Made by a program: the position numbers and the translations under genes. Below are positions 13,386-28,358 of a stretch of 64,000 bases of DNA, piece by piece. The notes below the pieces were generated by a model, which was not told where the DNA came from, did not search any database, and was given only the letters and a program-made list of their open reading frames with translations. Position 1 is the first letter of the stretch; the number at the start of each line of letters is the position of its first letter. Source of the DNA: Octopus sinensis (taxonomy: Eukaryota); NCBI RefSeq assembly GCF_006345805.1, contig NW_021835987.1:62001-126000 (forward strand). The letters run 5' to 3'.

Positions 13386-13597
13386 CGTTAGATGTTTCTG
13401 CCAATTTTCCTTTGATAAAGGTAACTTTTGCACATTTATTGAAGCCAAATTGCATCTTGATGTCATCACTGAATTGTTTAATAATCGCTAGGAAGCCATT
13501 AAGTTGTTGGTTATGTTTTCGCAAAAAGCTTTAAAACATCTATGTAAATGTGATGATTTATATTTTTATATTTTTACCAAACATTTTATAACCGTGT
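13386..13597 (-). mobile_element. R4/Dong-like RT fragment (duplicate at ~17603-17812)
   Basis: Reverse complement closely matches the YMDD region at ~33185-33385; adjacent (ATT)n tract. Confidence 0.85.
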
Positions 13598-13661
13598 AAA
13601 TGGGATGGTTTATGATCTTATCAAATATATTATAACCGTATTTTATTATTGTTATTATTAA

Positions 13662-13740
<79 letters not shown>

Positions 13741-14456
13741 AGTAGTAGTAGTAATATATAAATGTTTTTATTTTAAACGGACATATCTTTTTAATTTATA
13801 TACATTTACAACTTTTTACAATTAATTAATTTACCCCGAACATACAGGGTTTTTTCCTTCTACTGAAACTAATGATTTGATTTATGGTTTTCTTCGATTT
13901 TTATAATAATATGATTTTAAATCATAATTTTTAATTTCATATAACTGGTTATTCAAAAAACAGTTGAAAAGGACCAATAAAACGAAACCATTTTCAAATG
14001 TGTATCTATCAACAAAATTGTACATTTATGAATATAAATATAACTTTATTTTTGTTCCATTCTCAATCAAAACCTGTCCGATGAACGGGAATGTGAAACT
14101 CTAGGTTACAGTTCTGTGATGTCATTGCAATTTTATTGACAAAGTACAAACATACATGCATACATATATATACATAAATTTATATAAATAAGGATAAGAT
14201 CGTTAATTAAATACCGATCTTATCAGGTGGCCAGCATGGGAATAAAAACCTTCAAAGGTAATAATTATTATTAAAATTATAATTTAGAGTATCTACGAGA
14301 TACTAACACGCTGGAAATAGCAGCTAAAACTTGACTCTAAAACCACATTAAATGTTCATACATCACCAGGAGAGAAGACAAAGAGACAAAATAAACTCGA
14401 CTGTTCGTGTTCATATGTGCATATATATGTATGCATACGTTCGTATATATATAAAT

Positions 14457-14540
<84 letters not shown>

Positions 14541-14543
14541 TCA

Positions 14544-14605
<62 letters not shown>

Positions 14606-15082
14606 ATATCACACATATATATATATATATACTTGTATATATATATACTCGTCACGCACCACGGTTTGAAGACGGCTCCGGAACATGGTGCATGCGTTCA
14701 TCTCTGTGTACCTAGGAAAATCTGAGTTAGAGTCCGGGGAATTAAGAGGCCAGATGTTGGGCCTGGTTAATTTTAGAATTTTCTGACAACCACTTCTGAG
14801 ATTTTCTAAAGACATAGCTAGGATCCTAATCCTGCTAACACACACATAGACTTCCGGCAGCAACCATGTTAAGCTAAGGTTTCACTAGTCTCCAACATTT
14901 ATAAATAGCCGTTCGAAATAAGCATAAGGCCCCCTTCATCAATTTTAGGATGAACTCCAGCGTGCCGTCGTTGTTCGAACGCCTGCTGTGTAACCTCCAC
15001 GAGTCATAGCTTTCTACTTTCTCTTGTAATTACTTATGACGTGTCTCAGACACTTTACAGTGTTCCAAGCGCATTGAGCATG

Positions 15083-15138
<56 letters not shown>

Positions 15139-15688
15139 CCACACACCCACAACAAACACACACATACACTCAAATACATACATACATATCATCCCTTGTG
15201 CCCATATGGTATCTTTCAGTCTCCAGTATACGAGATTACTGCTCATTTAGACACACGGAAAAGGACGCAAGTCTTTTGAGAAATCTCGAGGTTTGAACGA
15301 GAGGAAAGTAAGAGCAAAAAGTGGAAAGAGCACAAATTTGATATTTTAGTCTGAAATGTTGCCTGGAAACACAGGGCATGATATATAAGCTTGCCAGTTC
15401 CTTGTGTTTTCACAGCATGAAACTAATCATAGCTGGAAATTAAATACTGTGTTTGTTAAATGATATTAACGTTTCACTGGATGGAATATATTTATTGTTG
15501 ATATCACTAATTACAGAATATTAAATTATGTGTGTGTGTGAATGAGTGTACATACACACGCACACACATACACACATATATATATATATGTAGATATATA
15601 TATGCACTCATATATATATATTTATATATATATAAATACATGTATGTGTATCTATATATGTAGATGTATTTGTGCATGTATACGTGTA

Positions 15689-15763
<75 letters not shown>

Positions 15764-16045
15764 GTAATATATATTTGTACCGCTTGTGTTCATCTATGTC
15801 TTTCCATATTTCCGGGCATTTATCGATCTTGGTAATCGGTAGAGATTGGTCTCTTCATTTCAGAATTACATAAGTTGTCCATTTCTGTATCTGTGAAATA
15901 TTCTGGGAGATAGTTAATTAACATACTTTTGGACTAGTGTTCCAATATTTTGTCTTTATAATAGTCCTTCTCCATCATGAATATCGCCCCAAAATAATCG
16001 ACTTCTTATAGGATGATTGTGCTGGCGTTCTTCAGTTTCAATATA

Positions 16046-16079
<34 letters not shown>

Positions 16080-16088
16080 CGCACGTAG

Positions 16089-16119
<31 letters not shown>

Positions 16120-16125
16120 CATACA

Positions 16126-16158
<33 letters not shown>

Positions 16159-17879
16159 GCATATATACACACATATATATATATACGTATATATGTATGT
16201 ATGTATATATGTGTGTAAGTACGTTCGCACACACACACATACAGACACACTTTCATGCATACGTTTAGACACAATCACAAACACACATTTAAAAGCCTTT
16301 CCAAATAATTCCATAGATTCTATTTTCTTCAGCTCACCAACAGAACAACCGATCAACAATTTTGTCCGTCACACCATAACTACGAGAATTTTAATTTCAT
16401 TGATAATAACTTTTGATTCTTTTGACCTGTCATCAAATTTTTCCATCCCTGAAGAACACATCTTTCTTTCTTTCTTCCTTTCTTTCCTTCTTTATTTCTT
16501 TTAGAAAGCCACAACACATGCATCCTTATACACTCATACATACACACTCATACATACATACATGTACACACATGGACACAAGCATATATATACATATATC
16601 TATAGAATCAAAATGACAAAGGACATCTCAGATATCTCCCCCTCAATCACACTCTTTCCAAAACCCAAGAAAAAAGATTCACTCCCGGTTCTTTTCAACT
16701 CACTTCTTTATAAAAGTTATGAATTTCCGATGAGAAATCAGTCATGATGAATCCCTGAAAGGGGCGAAAGCTCTAAGTAAATAGATTTTTGTTCAAATCC
16801 TGTCCTGACTACCATCTCTCATTAATACATGAAATCTGCACAACGTTTCAAAATTTTATACAGACACACACATCTTCACTACATCAAGCGTTACCATCAC
16901 AACAAACGCACCAACAACACTGCCACAGCCAACAACAATATCGAACACATCCCGTCGAATGTGCATTTGGGTATCCAACGTGTTCAGGGAAGTGTGACTT
17001 TTCATTTGCGTGTGAAACATCGAGTTTAGTTCCGTGTAGGTGAAGGCATAACATCATTAATGACCAGTGTTGCTCTAACTGCGTATGTTATTGACCATTA
17101 TATCGATATCTGCAGATACTGGTGACAGAAGCGAGCAGTGCTGCTATCAGTGAACAGTTCGAAAACCTTCGCTCCGGTTTCACTTGTAGAGACAGAGGTG
17201 ATATTGTCATTTGTAGGAACTCTGGATTGATATCTAGAGACTGTGCCTACCTCTGTGGTGATTCTGAATGCAGAAGATAATATTCCTTATACTATAAACA
17301 CAAGGTCTGAAATTTTGTAGGAAAGGGCTAGTTGATCATATGAACCCCACTGCTCAGCTACTACTTGTTTTTTTGAGTCTGAAAGGAAAAAAAGGATAAG
17401 TCGGCCTCTGTAACATTTGAATGCAGTGAGCAATATTGGCATTCGTAGGGGTTCTGACTTGACATCTAGAGACAGTGGTGACATCTGTGAAAAATTCTGA
17501 AAGTGGAATTTGTGGGCATCTTTCATAAATGGACGGTCATCCGAGGAGAGGACTTTACTGGACGGTCATATTGGACAGACCTGACTACGTCTCTCTTTGC
17601 CCACGTTAGATGTTTCTGCCAATTTTCCTTTGATAAAGGTAACTTTTGCACATTTATTGAAGCCAAATTGCATCTTGATGTCATCACTGAATTGTTTAAT
17701 AATCGCTAGGAAGCCATTAAGTTGTTGGTTATGTTTTCGCAAAAAGCTTTAAAACATCTATGCAAATGTGATGATTTATATTTTTATATTTTTACCAAAC
17801 ATTTTATAACCGTGTAAATGGGATGGTTTATGATCTTATCAAATATATTATAACCGTATTTTATTATTGTTATTATTAA

Positions 17880-17947
<68 letters not shown>

Positions 17948-18651
17948 GCAGTAGTAGTAGTAATATATAAATGTTTTTATTTTAAACGGACATATCTTTT
18001 TAATTTATATACATTTACAACTTTTTACAATTAATTAATTTACCCCGAACATACAGGGTTTTTTCCTTCTACTGAAACTAATGATTTGATTTATGGTTTT
18101 CTTCGATTTTTATAATTATATGATTTTAAATCATAATTTTTAATTTCATATAACTGGTTATTCAAAAAACAGTTGAAAAGGACCAATAAAACGAAACCAT
18201 TTTCAAATGTGTATCTATCAACGAAATTGTACATTTATGAATATAAATATAACTTTATTTTTGTTCCATTCTCAATCAAAACCTGTCCGATGAACGGGAA
18301 TGTGAAACTCTAGGTTACAGTTCTGTGATGTCATTGCAATTTTATTGATAAAGTACAAACATACATGCATACATATATATACATAAATTTATATAAATAA
18401 GGATAAGATCGTTAATTAAATACCGATCTTATCAGGTGGCCAGCATGGGAATAAAAACCTTCAAAGGTAATAATTATTATTAAAATTGTAAGTTAGGGTA
18501 TCTAAGAGATACCACCACGCTGGAAATAGTAGCCAAAACTTGACTCTAAAACCACATTAAATGTTCATACATCACCAGGAGAGAAGACAAAGAGACAAAA
18601 TAAACTCGACTGGTCGTGTTCATATGTGCATATATATGAATATATACGTTC

Positions 18652-18757
<106 letters not shown>

Positions 18758-19334
18758 TTATGTGCTAACTGAGTATATTCATCTGATGAAGGCAGAGCAT
18801 TTATTATGCAGAGCCAGAAATTCGGGATCTGGAATCATCCAGTAATTTTTTTTTGCTAATTTAAACTTAAGGTTTAAATCACAAAATGGAGAAGAACGCT
18901 ATTCCTTCATTCCATCACCTTGAAAAATTGTTTTGATATTAAAATATTTTCGTCACATAAAACCATTGGTAGCCTTAATACAAATAAAGAAATTTTATTC
19001 ACCAATGCGATGTTGAGAACTCATTCTAATTTTTCAACTTTTACGCCAATATGTATATATACACACACAGACACGCACGCACAAACGCGCATACACGCAT
19101 ACACATGCACATACACACATATATACCTAGTCAGACGTGAACTAGAAGAACAATAACAGCTCTGTTTCTGGTAAGAGAGAAAAAATGGATCACAACTCAA
19201 AAGACCGATGTTGGACAGAATATTTGTATGGATTCTTTATTAACAGATAATACATGGCGTGTGTGCATCACTAGTGGTGGTCAGCTAGATTGGGTGAACG
19301 TGAACAACAACAACAATAATAGTGTCAATGGATA

Positions 19335-19402
19335 TCATGGGCTGGGAAATTCCTGCTGCCTCAGTCTGATGAATATGGCCATGGAGTCTGCTAATGCAAA
19401 AC
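19335..19402 (-). CDS. Copy B terminal coding exon
   Basis: FALADSMAIFIRLRQQEFPSP*; followed by a 3' UTR with AATAAA. Confidence 0.85.
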
Positions 19403-19768
19403 CTGCAAGTAACAATAACAACATCAATAACCAAAGGAATTGAAATAAATCGTGGAAAGTCTTCATACACGGTCGCTCGTATTACTAGAAACAGAAGCCA
19501 AATTGGACACATACAGGAAGGCCAAGATTAAAATCAGTTGAATCGAGGCTGATTGGCTGCCGAACAATAAGTACAGAAATAACTTCTGCAATTACTACTC
19601 ACATTAAGAGAGAGGGAAAGAGAGAGAGATAGAGGGAGAGAGAGAGGGAATGAGAGAGAGAGAGGGAATGAGAGAGAGAGGGAGTGAGAGAGAGGCACAG
19701 AGAGAGAGAGGCACAGAGAGAGAGAGAGAGAGAGAGATACGCACACAGAAAATAAAATCGTCACTTAC

Positions 19769-19929
19769 CGTTGCTCCATGTAACTTTTGATTCTGTATTG
19801 GAATAACGGATTGCAGGGAAGTAGTCTAAGTTATCATAATCACAGTAAATTGAACTTTCAATAACGGCCAACCAGCCAGCCTCTCTTTTACAGCCACCGT
19901 GGTCCGTTATATAGAATCGACGATGATTC
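19769..19929 (-). CDS. Copy B coding exon 4
   Basis: NHRRFYITDHGGCKREAGWLAVIESSIYCDYDNLDYFPAIRYSNTESKVTWSN; phases fit neighbours. Confidence 0.88.
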
Positions 19930-20054
19930 CTGCAGATTTGAAAAAAAAAAACTTGTTTGGGTTTCACAATGAGAAAATATTGCCGTACCAAATATTGCAG
20001 TAACTGGCCAGTCAAGAGTGTGTATACCTTATGTATGATATATAGACGTCTATA

Positions 20055-20960
20055 TCTATTTCTTTACTACTCACAAGGGGCTAAACACCGAGGGGACAAA
20101 CAAGGACAGATAAATGGATTAAGTCGATTATATCGACCCCAGTGCGTAGCTGGTACTTAATTTATCGGCCCAAAAGGATGAAAACCAAAGTCGACCTCGG
20201 CAGAATTTGAACTCAGAAATACCTATTTCTTTACTACCCACAAGGGGCTAAACACCGAGGTGACAAACAAGGACGGACAAACGGATTAAGTCGATTACAT
20301 CGAGTCCAGTGCCTAACTGGTACTTATTTAATCGACCCCGAAAGGATGAAAGGCAAAGTTGACCTCGGCAGAATTTGAACTCAGAAATACCTATTTCTTT
20401 ACTACCCACAAGGGGCTAAACACCGAGGTGACAAACAAGGACGGACAAACGGATTAAGTCGATTACATCGAGTCCAGTGCCTAACTGGTACTTATTTAAT
20501 CGACCCCGAAAGGATGAAAAGCAAAGTCGACCTCGGCAGAATTTGAACTCAGAAATACCTATTTCTTTACTACCCACAAGGGGCTAAACACCGAGGTGAC
20601 AAACAAGGACAGACAAACAGATTAAGTCGATTACATCGAGTCCAGTGCCTAACTGGTACTTATTTAATCGACCCCGAAAGGATGAAAGGCAAAGTTGACC
20701 TCGGCAGAATTTGAACTCAGAAATACCTATTTCTTTACTACCCACAAGGGGCTAAACACCGAGGTGACAAACAAGGACAGACAAACGGATTAAGTCGATT
20801 ACATCGAGTCCAGTGCCTAACTGGTACTTATTTAATCGACCCCGAAAGGATGAAAGGCAAAGTTGACCTCGGCGGAATTTGAACTCAGAACGTAACGGCA
20901 GACGAAATACGGCTACGCATTTCGCCCAGCGTGCTAACCACTCTGCCAGCTCACCGTCTT
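20055..20960 (-). mobile_element. tRNA-derived SINE family 3 (Meta-domain-like centre): one head + five tandem ~168-bp bodies, 14-bp TSD
   Basis: Unit starts at 20056, 20223, 20391, 20559, 20727; tRNA head only at the 20960 end; tatagacgtctata at 20041-20054 and 20961-20974. Confidence 0.92.
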
Positions 20961-21149
20961 TATAGACGTCTATACCATTCTGTTAAAATCTGCAGTGATA
21001 GTTACAACAGCCGTCTGTAGATTTCTTTAATCAGACTCAATGTAAATTCACAACGAGGAGTCGATCTTACACTATAGTTGCGTGTACACACATACATACA
21101 CAAACACACACACATACACACACACGTACCCCGCCCCCCGAAATACACT

Positions 21150-21590
21150 AGTTAGTTAGTTAGTTAGTTTGTTAATTTGGCTCAAAAGCAAATAGCAAGG
21201 CCATGTAGGGGGACATGGAGTTAAGTACAGGGTGGTGTTCATGTAAAGAGTTCAGGCCACTTGAGGTCAAGGGAGGCTTTGAACAAAGCGGTCGTCGGCA
21301 TCTTCACCATCTCGTCTGGCAGTTGTTCCACGGATCCGCAACCCGGACGGAGAAAGCTCCTCTCCTTCGATTGAGATGAAATCGTCGCAGGTAGAGCTTT
21401 TCGGAATGACCCCGCAGCCGACGCTCTGGAGCAGGAGTGACGAACAGCTCTTTCGAGAGGTTACACTTTCCGCTTATGATGTTGTGGGCGAGAATGAGAT
21501 CACCACGGCGGCGGCGTTTTTCAAGAGAATAAAGGTCGAGCGTCCTCAGCCTTTCTTCGTAGGACAAATTTTTGACGCAATCTAATAACA
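21150..21590 (-). mobile_element. CR1/L2-type LINE 3' end, 5'-truncated
   Basis: LSYEERLRTLDLYSLEKRRRRGDLI...LRGHSEKL...FSVRVADPWN; (TAAC)n tail. Confidence 0.88.
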
Positions 21591-22355
21591 AATTACACAC
21601 GAAGTAGACTTCAGTTAAAATTTGTAAGAAAAAGTGCCACAAATATAACAACCATAACATTTTCCCTTGTTAAACAAATTAGGAAAATAAGCGTGCAATG
21701 GATTCTGGTAATTAAGAGAAATAATATAATGGAATAAAGAATATTTAAAAACGAACACGCGCAAGTAAAACTAGTTATAGCATACATTTTAGGGTGAATG
21801 TATATTTTCGTGTTTCCCCACTTTAAAACAGGTCGCTTAATGTGGATACACTGTTGAAAACGGAAAACTTCGTTATTAGTATCCAGAAAGCATCTCATAT
21901 AGAGGTGCAGTGTTAACAATTACAGAAATGCCCCAGTAATAGACAAATAGCATCTAGCAGCTGCGATGGAATTGCTAAATATGTATCTCTACTACTTTGA
22001 ATGTCATCAGCAGTAAGTAACCACCAGCAACCGCATACCAAATCAAATTTAGTCTCTAATAATACAGGAAAATTATAATTAAGAAATCAGCCGACAGGTT
22101 GGATATGTTATATTTCATTATTAGTGAGGGAAGAAGATTTAGTTCAAATTTGTACTCTGTATATCATATTCAATGAAGATATTATAGTGAAAGCCTGGAA
22201 ATGCTTTGGTGGCTTCAAGAAAATATCGTGAATAAATATATAGTGTTAAGAAACAGATATATATATATATATATATATATTAGTAGCGTGCGTAAAGTGC
22301 TTTTGGTATATTACGTTTCTACAAAGAGAAAAAGAAAAGTATATTTAGAACTTAC

Positions 22356-22519
22356 TCCATTCCTTCCATCGTGAAAAACTCTGGGTTGGCTGAAGATAGG
22401 TCATTCCATGGAGAACTTTTCAAGGTTGCATAAGAAAACCAGCTTTTAAGGGTTGAATTTCGTCCATCAAAAATCATAGATACCATAGCCGTTTGGTTTT
22501 TATAAATCACCAGTTTCAC
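22356..22519 (-). CDS. Copy B coding exon 3
   Basis: VKLVIYKNQTAMVSMIFDGRNSTLKSWFSYATLKSSPWNDL; 164 nt as in A. Confidence 0.88.
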
Positions 22520-22540
22520 CTGAAAAATATGAGCAAACAT

Positions 22541-22587
<47 letters not shown>

Positions 22588-22781
22588 ACGCAAACACACA
22601 CACACATAGACACACATACACAGACACACACACACGCACACGAACACACGCACACGCACACACACACTCGCATAAATAGATCAAGTTAAATTAATCGATG
22701 TAATTTAACAGCTATTTCATTGGCTGTGAGTCTAATGTCTACTCCATTTAGTTCATCAGTTTTGTAATGTAAGGAATTAAT

Positions 22782-22844
<63 letters not shown>

Positions 22845-22904
22845 ATGGGTGTGGGTGTATGTAAGTACACATATATATACATATATATATATATATATAC
22901 ATAC

Positions 22905-23121
22905 ATACATACTAATACGTACTAATACATACTAGTACATACTAATACTTACACCAACCCTATACATACACACGTCCAGACCCCGCATACGCACTTATAC
23001 TCTCTCACACACACATACCTATACATACCAATACGTACTAATACATACTAATACATACTAATACATACACCAACCCCATACATACGCACGTCCAGACCAA
23101 TCTTACGCACTAATACTCTCT

Positions 23122-23158
<37 letters not shown>

Positions 23159-26100
23159 ATACATACTAATACATACACCAACCCTATACATACACACATC
23201 CAGACCCCTCCCACGCACTTTTAGCTGGTCCCTCAACCCTATTATCAACCCTATTATCTCCCCTTATTTCGCTCTCGCGTCTCATGTTTGATCTTTGACC
23301 TCTGGCCGAAATCAGATCGCCATGTTGATTCGTTAGCTACTGCACGCATTTTTTTTCTCTCCTTCTTTCTGTGTTTTTCTCTCTCTGTGTATCTTTCTGT
23401 TGAAGAGCGTAGGCTCGAAACGTTAAAGACTTGTTTTATTTATATTTCCTGAGCGCCATACTAATACAATTGTTCGTTTGTTTTCCACCTGCCTTCGTCT
23501 TTTGTTTATTTTCATAAAGCTTCCCGTTATATATTATGCGCTCACGTGGTCTCACTTTCATCCTATATTCTACCAATACCACTATCAACACTTACCTCTA
23601 CCTTGGATTTTCTTTACCTCTTGGATACTTACCATTGGCTGCACCTCTCTTTCGCGGATCAAAGTGACTTTGCATTGATGTGAAATCCTTAAAAAATATA
23701 CCACGACGTCTACACATTTCTCACCTTGAACTTTCAACCTTGAACTTGTTCGCATAAACTGTCCCGTTTGTTGTATTTTTATTTTCTCTTATGTTACCAC
23801 TTTTTTTACATTCATTTCATGCTTCCCACATTTTCCTGAATTTTTGTTCTCCTTTCCGTCTTTCTTCCCTCTCTGGATGTCCATACTCCGTTTCCGCTGC
23901 CTGCACCCCCCTTTTTCTGCCTCCCCCTCTCTCTGCTTCCCTTCTTTCTTTCCCTTTTCCGTTTGCCCCGTCTTTTCTGCCCCTATCGCTTACTTATCTA
24001 GTTTTTTCATACGATTATTATTTTTTTGTTTTTTCCCCTTTTTTTCTATTTTTTTCATACGATAATTTTTGTTTTTTGTTTTTTTTTGTTTTTTCGAACG
24101 TTTTTTTTCCGCTATCCCATCATGCCGGATCCTAGGTCCTACCTCCTCACCCTCCATCACCGTTTGAAGGATCATCTACGTTCTCTTCCTGTATATGGCC
24201 TTCAGCCGTCCGTTAATCTCTCTCTACTTCTTTTTAAAAAAACCCGCTTCTCTAGCCATGTCTCTTTCCTAAGCCGCTGCCTACATCACCGACTCATCCC
24301 TAAAGGTTTCCGCCTCCACTTCCACCCTGCTCTCCACTCGGATTCTTCCATCTTACCCATACTCCGCACCACATCTTACCGCCTTATGCGGGCCACCATT
24401 CGCTCCAATCTCTCCAAACTACATGCCATCAACCGCCTTCTTCCTCCTGCTTTCTCCACCTTCTTCTCCTCTCTGCCGCCTCTCTATGCTCCAAACACGC
24501 TACGCTTCATTATCCATTTGAATCAACTCTTCCATCAATTTCTTTCTGATACCAAACTTCGTAAACTCCAATCACTCTTCCATTCCACCCTACCCGACGC
24601 CACTACCCCAACTCCTCCACCACCCTTCTCCCCTCCCGATAGGCTCCATCCACCCACACCTAACCCCACTGCCCCTCCCTACAACCCCTTCTCCCCTCCC
24701 GTTAGGCTCCATCCACCTACACCTAACCCTACAGCCCCACCCAACCACCCCCCACACACCTCCCCAATCCCTCCCCCTCAGACCTCCACGAGACCTACCA
24801 CCCCTCCTACTTCTATTCCACCCACCCCTTCTCCACTTCCGTCTGTTGTTACCATTCCCCCCGATCTTCCCCTCTCTGCGGCTGAACGCTCCGTCCTTGG
24901 TAGGGGTCTGCGTTTCATCCCCCTCACTCCATCCTGTAAGGAATTCCAGACGCGAGTTGATGTCCACAGCTTTGTGCGCCGTGTCCGGTTGGGTGCGCAT
25001 TACCACGACTCGCCACCCACACCCCACGAAGAAGACGACTGCTTCACTGGCCTGGGCCGCCGACCATCCCCGTGGACGCCTGCCCCTGGCCAGATCCTAC
25101 CAGTGGATCTTTTCGCGGGCGCTTGTGAGCGTGCATTGGAGCGGTTCAACTTCTCCAGGCGCCAACGCCGCCTCAACATCTCCCCGGCTGAGCTCTTGGC
25201 TCTTCGTTCCCTCCAACGGCGCGCTGACATTATCATCAAACCGGCTGACAAGGGTGGAGCTGTAGTGGTGTGGCGCGCGGACCTCTATAGGGCCGAGGCT
25301 TTCCGCCAACTCAATGACACCTCCTTCTATTCCCCTCTGCCCTCTAACCCCACACGTAGCTACCAACAGACGGTATCCTCTACCGTCCAAGACCTCATCT
25401 CGTCCTCCCGTCTCCCCCGCACCGCATCCAACCTAATTGTGCGAACCCCACGTACCCCCACCATTTACTTCCTCCCCAAAATCCACAAACCCAACAACCC
25501 TGGCCGCCCCATCGTCTCCGCCTGTAACTGCCCCACGGAGCTCATCTCTAAATACCTCGACCGTGTCCTTGCCCCCCTAGTGGCATCTCTTCCCTCCCAC
25601 ATCCACGATACCAACCATGCTCTCCGGCTTTTCAACTCTTTCTCCTTTCCTCCCGGCTCCTCCAAAATCATTTTTACTATGGACATCCGAAGCCTCTATA
25701 CTGTTATCCCTCACCACGAAGGACTGCAGGCCCTTCGACACTTTCTTGACCTCCGCTCTAACCCTGTACCTGACACCTCCACACTCATTTGTCTGGCCGA
25801 ACTTGTCCTTACTCTGAACTGCTTCTCGTTCGCGGGCGAGTTCTACCATCAGGTCTCGGGAGTGGCCATGGGAACGCGAATGGGCCCCAACTATGCGAAC
25901 CTGTTCGTTGGCTATGTTGAGGCCCAAATATTCTCTAATTTCACTGGTCCCACTCCTGAACTATATGGTCGTTATATTGACGACATTATCGGTGCCACCT
26001 CACTCTCCCGCGAACATCTAGATTCCTTCTTCTCTTCGTCCAATCTTTCCATCCAGCCCTCCACTTCACTTCCACTATCTCCAACACCTCTGTCTCCTTC

Positions 26101-27597
26101 CTCGACATTTCGGTTAGCATTCTTCACTCCACTCTTACCACCTCCATTCACTACAAACACACAGACTCACACTCATACCTCAACTTCTCTTCCTCCCACC
26201 CAGAACACACCAAGCTTTCCATCCCCTATTCCCAATTCCTCCGTCTACGTAGGCTCTGTAGTGACGACCATGACTTTGAGACTCAGTCTCAACGTATGGC
26301 TCACCACTTCACCCTACGTGGATACCCCCTCACCACTATCCACACCGCCCTTGCCAGAGCACGGTCCGTGGACCGTGTATCTGCTCTCTCTCCCCGAACC
26401 CGCCCTGTAGTCTCCCGCCTCCCTTTTCCCCTCACTTACCACCCCACGACCCTACGTCTCCAACGCACCATTCTTCGAGCTTTCCGTCATCTCCAGTCCG
26501 ACCCGTCCACTTCACACCTCTTCCCTAACCGACCCCTCCCCTCTTTCAAACGAGCCCACAACCTTCGAGACCTTTTGGTCCATAGCTCCTTCCCTGACCC
26601 TACCTCCCAACCCGGCTCGTTCCCCTGCTCCCGCCCACGTTGCCGCACTTGCCCTTACCTCTCCAACACCACCCGCCTCACTAGCACCCACCATCGACCC
26701 TATCCCATCATCCACTCCTTCACCTGCACCTCCAGCAATATTATCTATTGCATCTCTTGCTCTCTCTGCAATTCCTTGTACATCGGACAAACTGCTTGGC
26801 TGACCGGTTCGCGGAACACCTTCGTGACATCCACCTTGCGAACGACACACCGGTCTCACGCCATTTCCGCTCCACCGGTCACTCCTTGCAACACCTATCT
26901 GTGTTCGGTTTGTCCTTACACAGAGGCCATTCGGATTCCCGTTTGCGCCGTGAACAGGAATTAATCTTCTCTCTTCGCTCTTATACGCCATTTGGTCTCA
27001 ACTCTCCCCCCCCTCCTCATCTAACCCCCCTCCTCACCTATCCTTTCTCCCCCCGACCCCTACTTCTTCAGTCCTTCATCCTTTCACCCCTACTCCCCTT
27101 CCCTTCTTCCCTCTTTCTCCCTCCCTCTTCCCCTTCCCTCTGCTCCCTCACTCCCTCTCTCCCCCTCTCCCTCTTTCCTCCTTCATCCCCCTCCTCCCCT
27201 TCCTTCTCCCCCATCCTCTCCTCTTCCCCCTTCTCCTCTCCCTCCTCTTCCCCTCCCCTTCTCTCCCTCCTCTTCTCCCTCTCTTCTCCCCCTCCCCCTC
27301 TTCTCCTCACTACACCACATGACTTTACACATCACATCACATATGATGTGCCATACTAATACACACACCAACTAATACATACTAATACGTACTAATACAT
27401 ACTAGTACATACTAATACTTACACCAACCCTATACATACACACGTCCAGACCCCGCATACGCACTTATACTCTCTCTCACACACACACACATACCTATAC
27501 ATACCAATACGTACTAATACATACTAATACATACTAATACATACACCAACCCCATACATACGCACGTCCAGACCAATCTTACGCACTAATACTCTCT

Positions 27598-27642
<45 letters not shown>

Positions 27643-28009
27643 ATACATACTAATACATACACCAACCCTATACATACACACATCCAGACCCCTCCCACGC
27701 ACTTTTAGCTGGTCCCTCAACCCGTTTATCAACCCTATTATCTCCCCTTATTTCGCTCTCGCGTCTCATGTTTGATCTTTAACCTCTGGCCGAAATCAGA
27801 TCGCCATGTTGATTCGTTAGCTACTGCACTCATTTTTTTCTCTCCTTCTTTCTGTGTTTTTCTCTCTCTGTGTATCTTCCTGTTGAAGAGCGTAGGCTCG
27901 AAACGTTAAAGACTTGTTTTATTTATATTTCCTGAGCGCCATACTAATACAATTGTTCGTTTGTTTTCCACCTGCCTTCGTCTTTTGTTTATTTTCATAA
28001 AGCTTCCCG

Positions 28010-28016
<7 letters not shown>
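22905..28016 (+). mobile_element. Penelope-like element with flanking direct pseudo-LTRs (~22905-23533, ~27376-28016; partial third at ~28035-28345)
   Basis: Direct repeats of ~630 bp around an RT + GIY-YIG ORF. Confidence 0.93.
24122..27003 (+). CDS. PLE polyprotein (RT + GIY-YIG endonuclease), two apparent frameshifts (~26030, ~26790)
   Basis: KPADKGGAVVV, YFLPKIHKPNNPGRPIVS, TMDIRSLYT, GVAMGTRMGPNYANLF, RYIDDI, SNIIYCISCSLCNSLYIGQT, RFAEH. Confidence 0.93.
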
Positions 28017-28048
<32 letters not shown>

Positions 28049-28286
28049 TACACACACCAACTAATACATACTAATACGTACTAATACATACTAGTACATA
28101 CTAATACTCACACCAACCCTATACATACACACGTCCAGACCCCGCATACGCACTTATACTCTCTCTCACACACACACACATACCTATACATACCAATACG
28201 TACTAATACATACTAATACATACTAATACATACACCAACCCCATACATACGCACGTCCAGACCAATCTTACGCACTAATACTCTCT

Positions 28287-28321
<35 letters not shown>

Positions 28322-28358
28322 ATACATACTAATACATACACCATATATACAATATATA

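Noticed and set aside
26512-27371. Antisense and Pro/Ser/Glu-rich ORFs over the PLE 3' region
   Set aside because: Shadows of the PLE ORF and its CT-rich low-complexity tail
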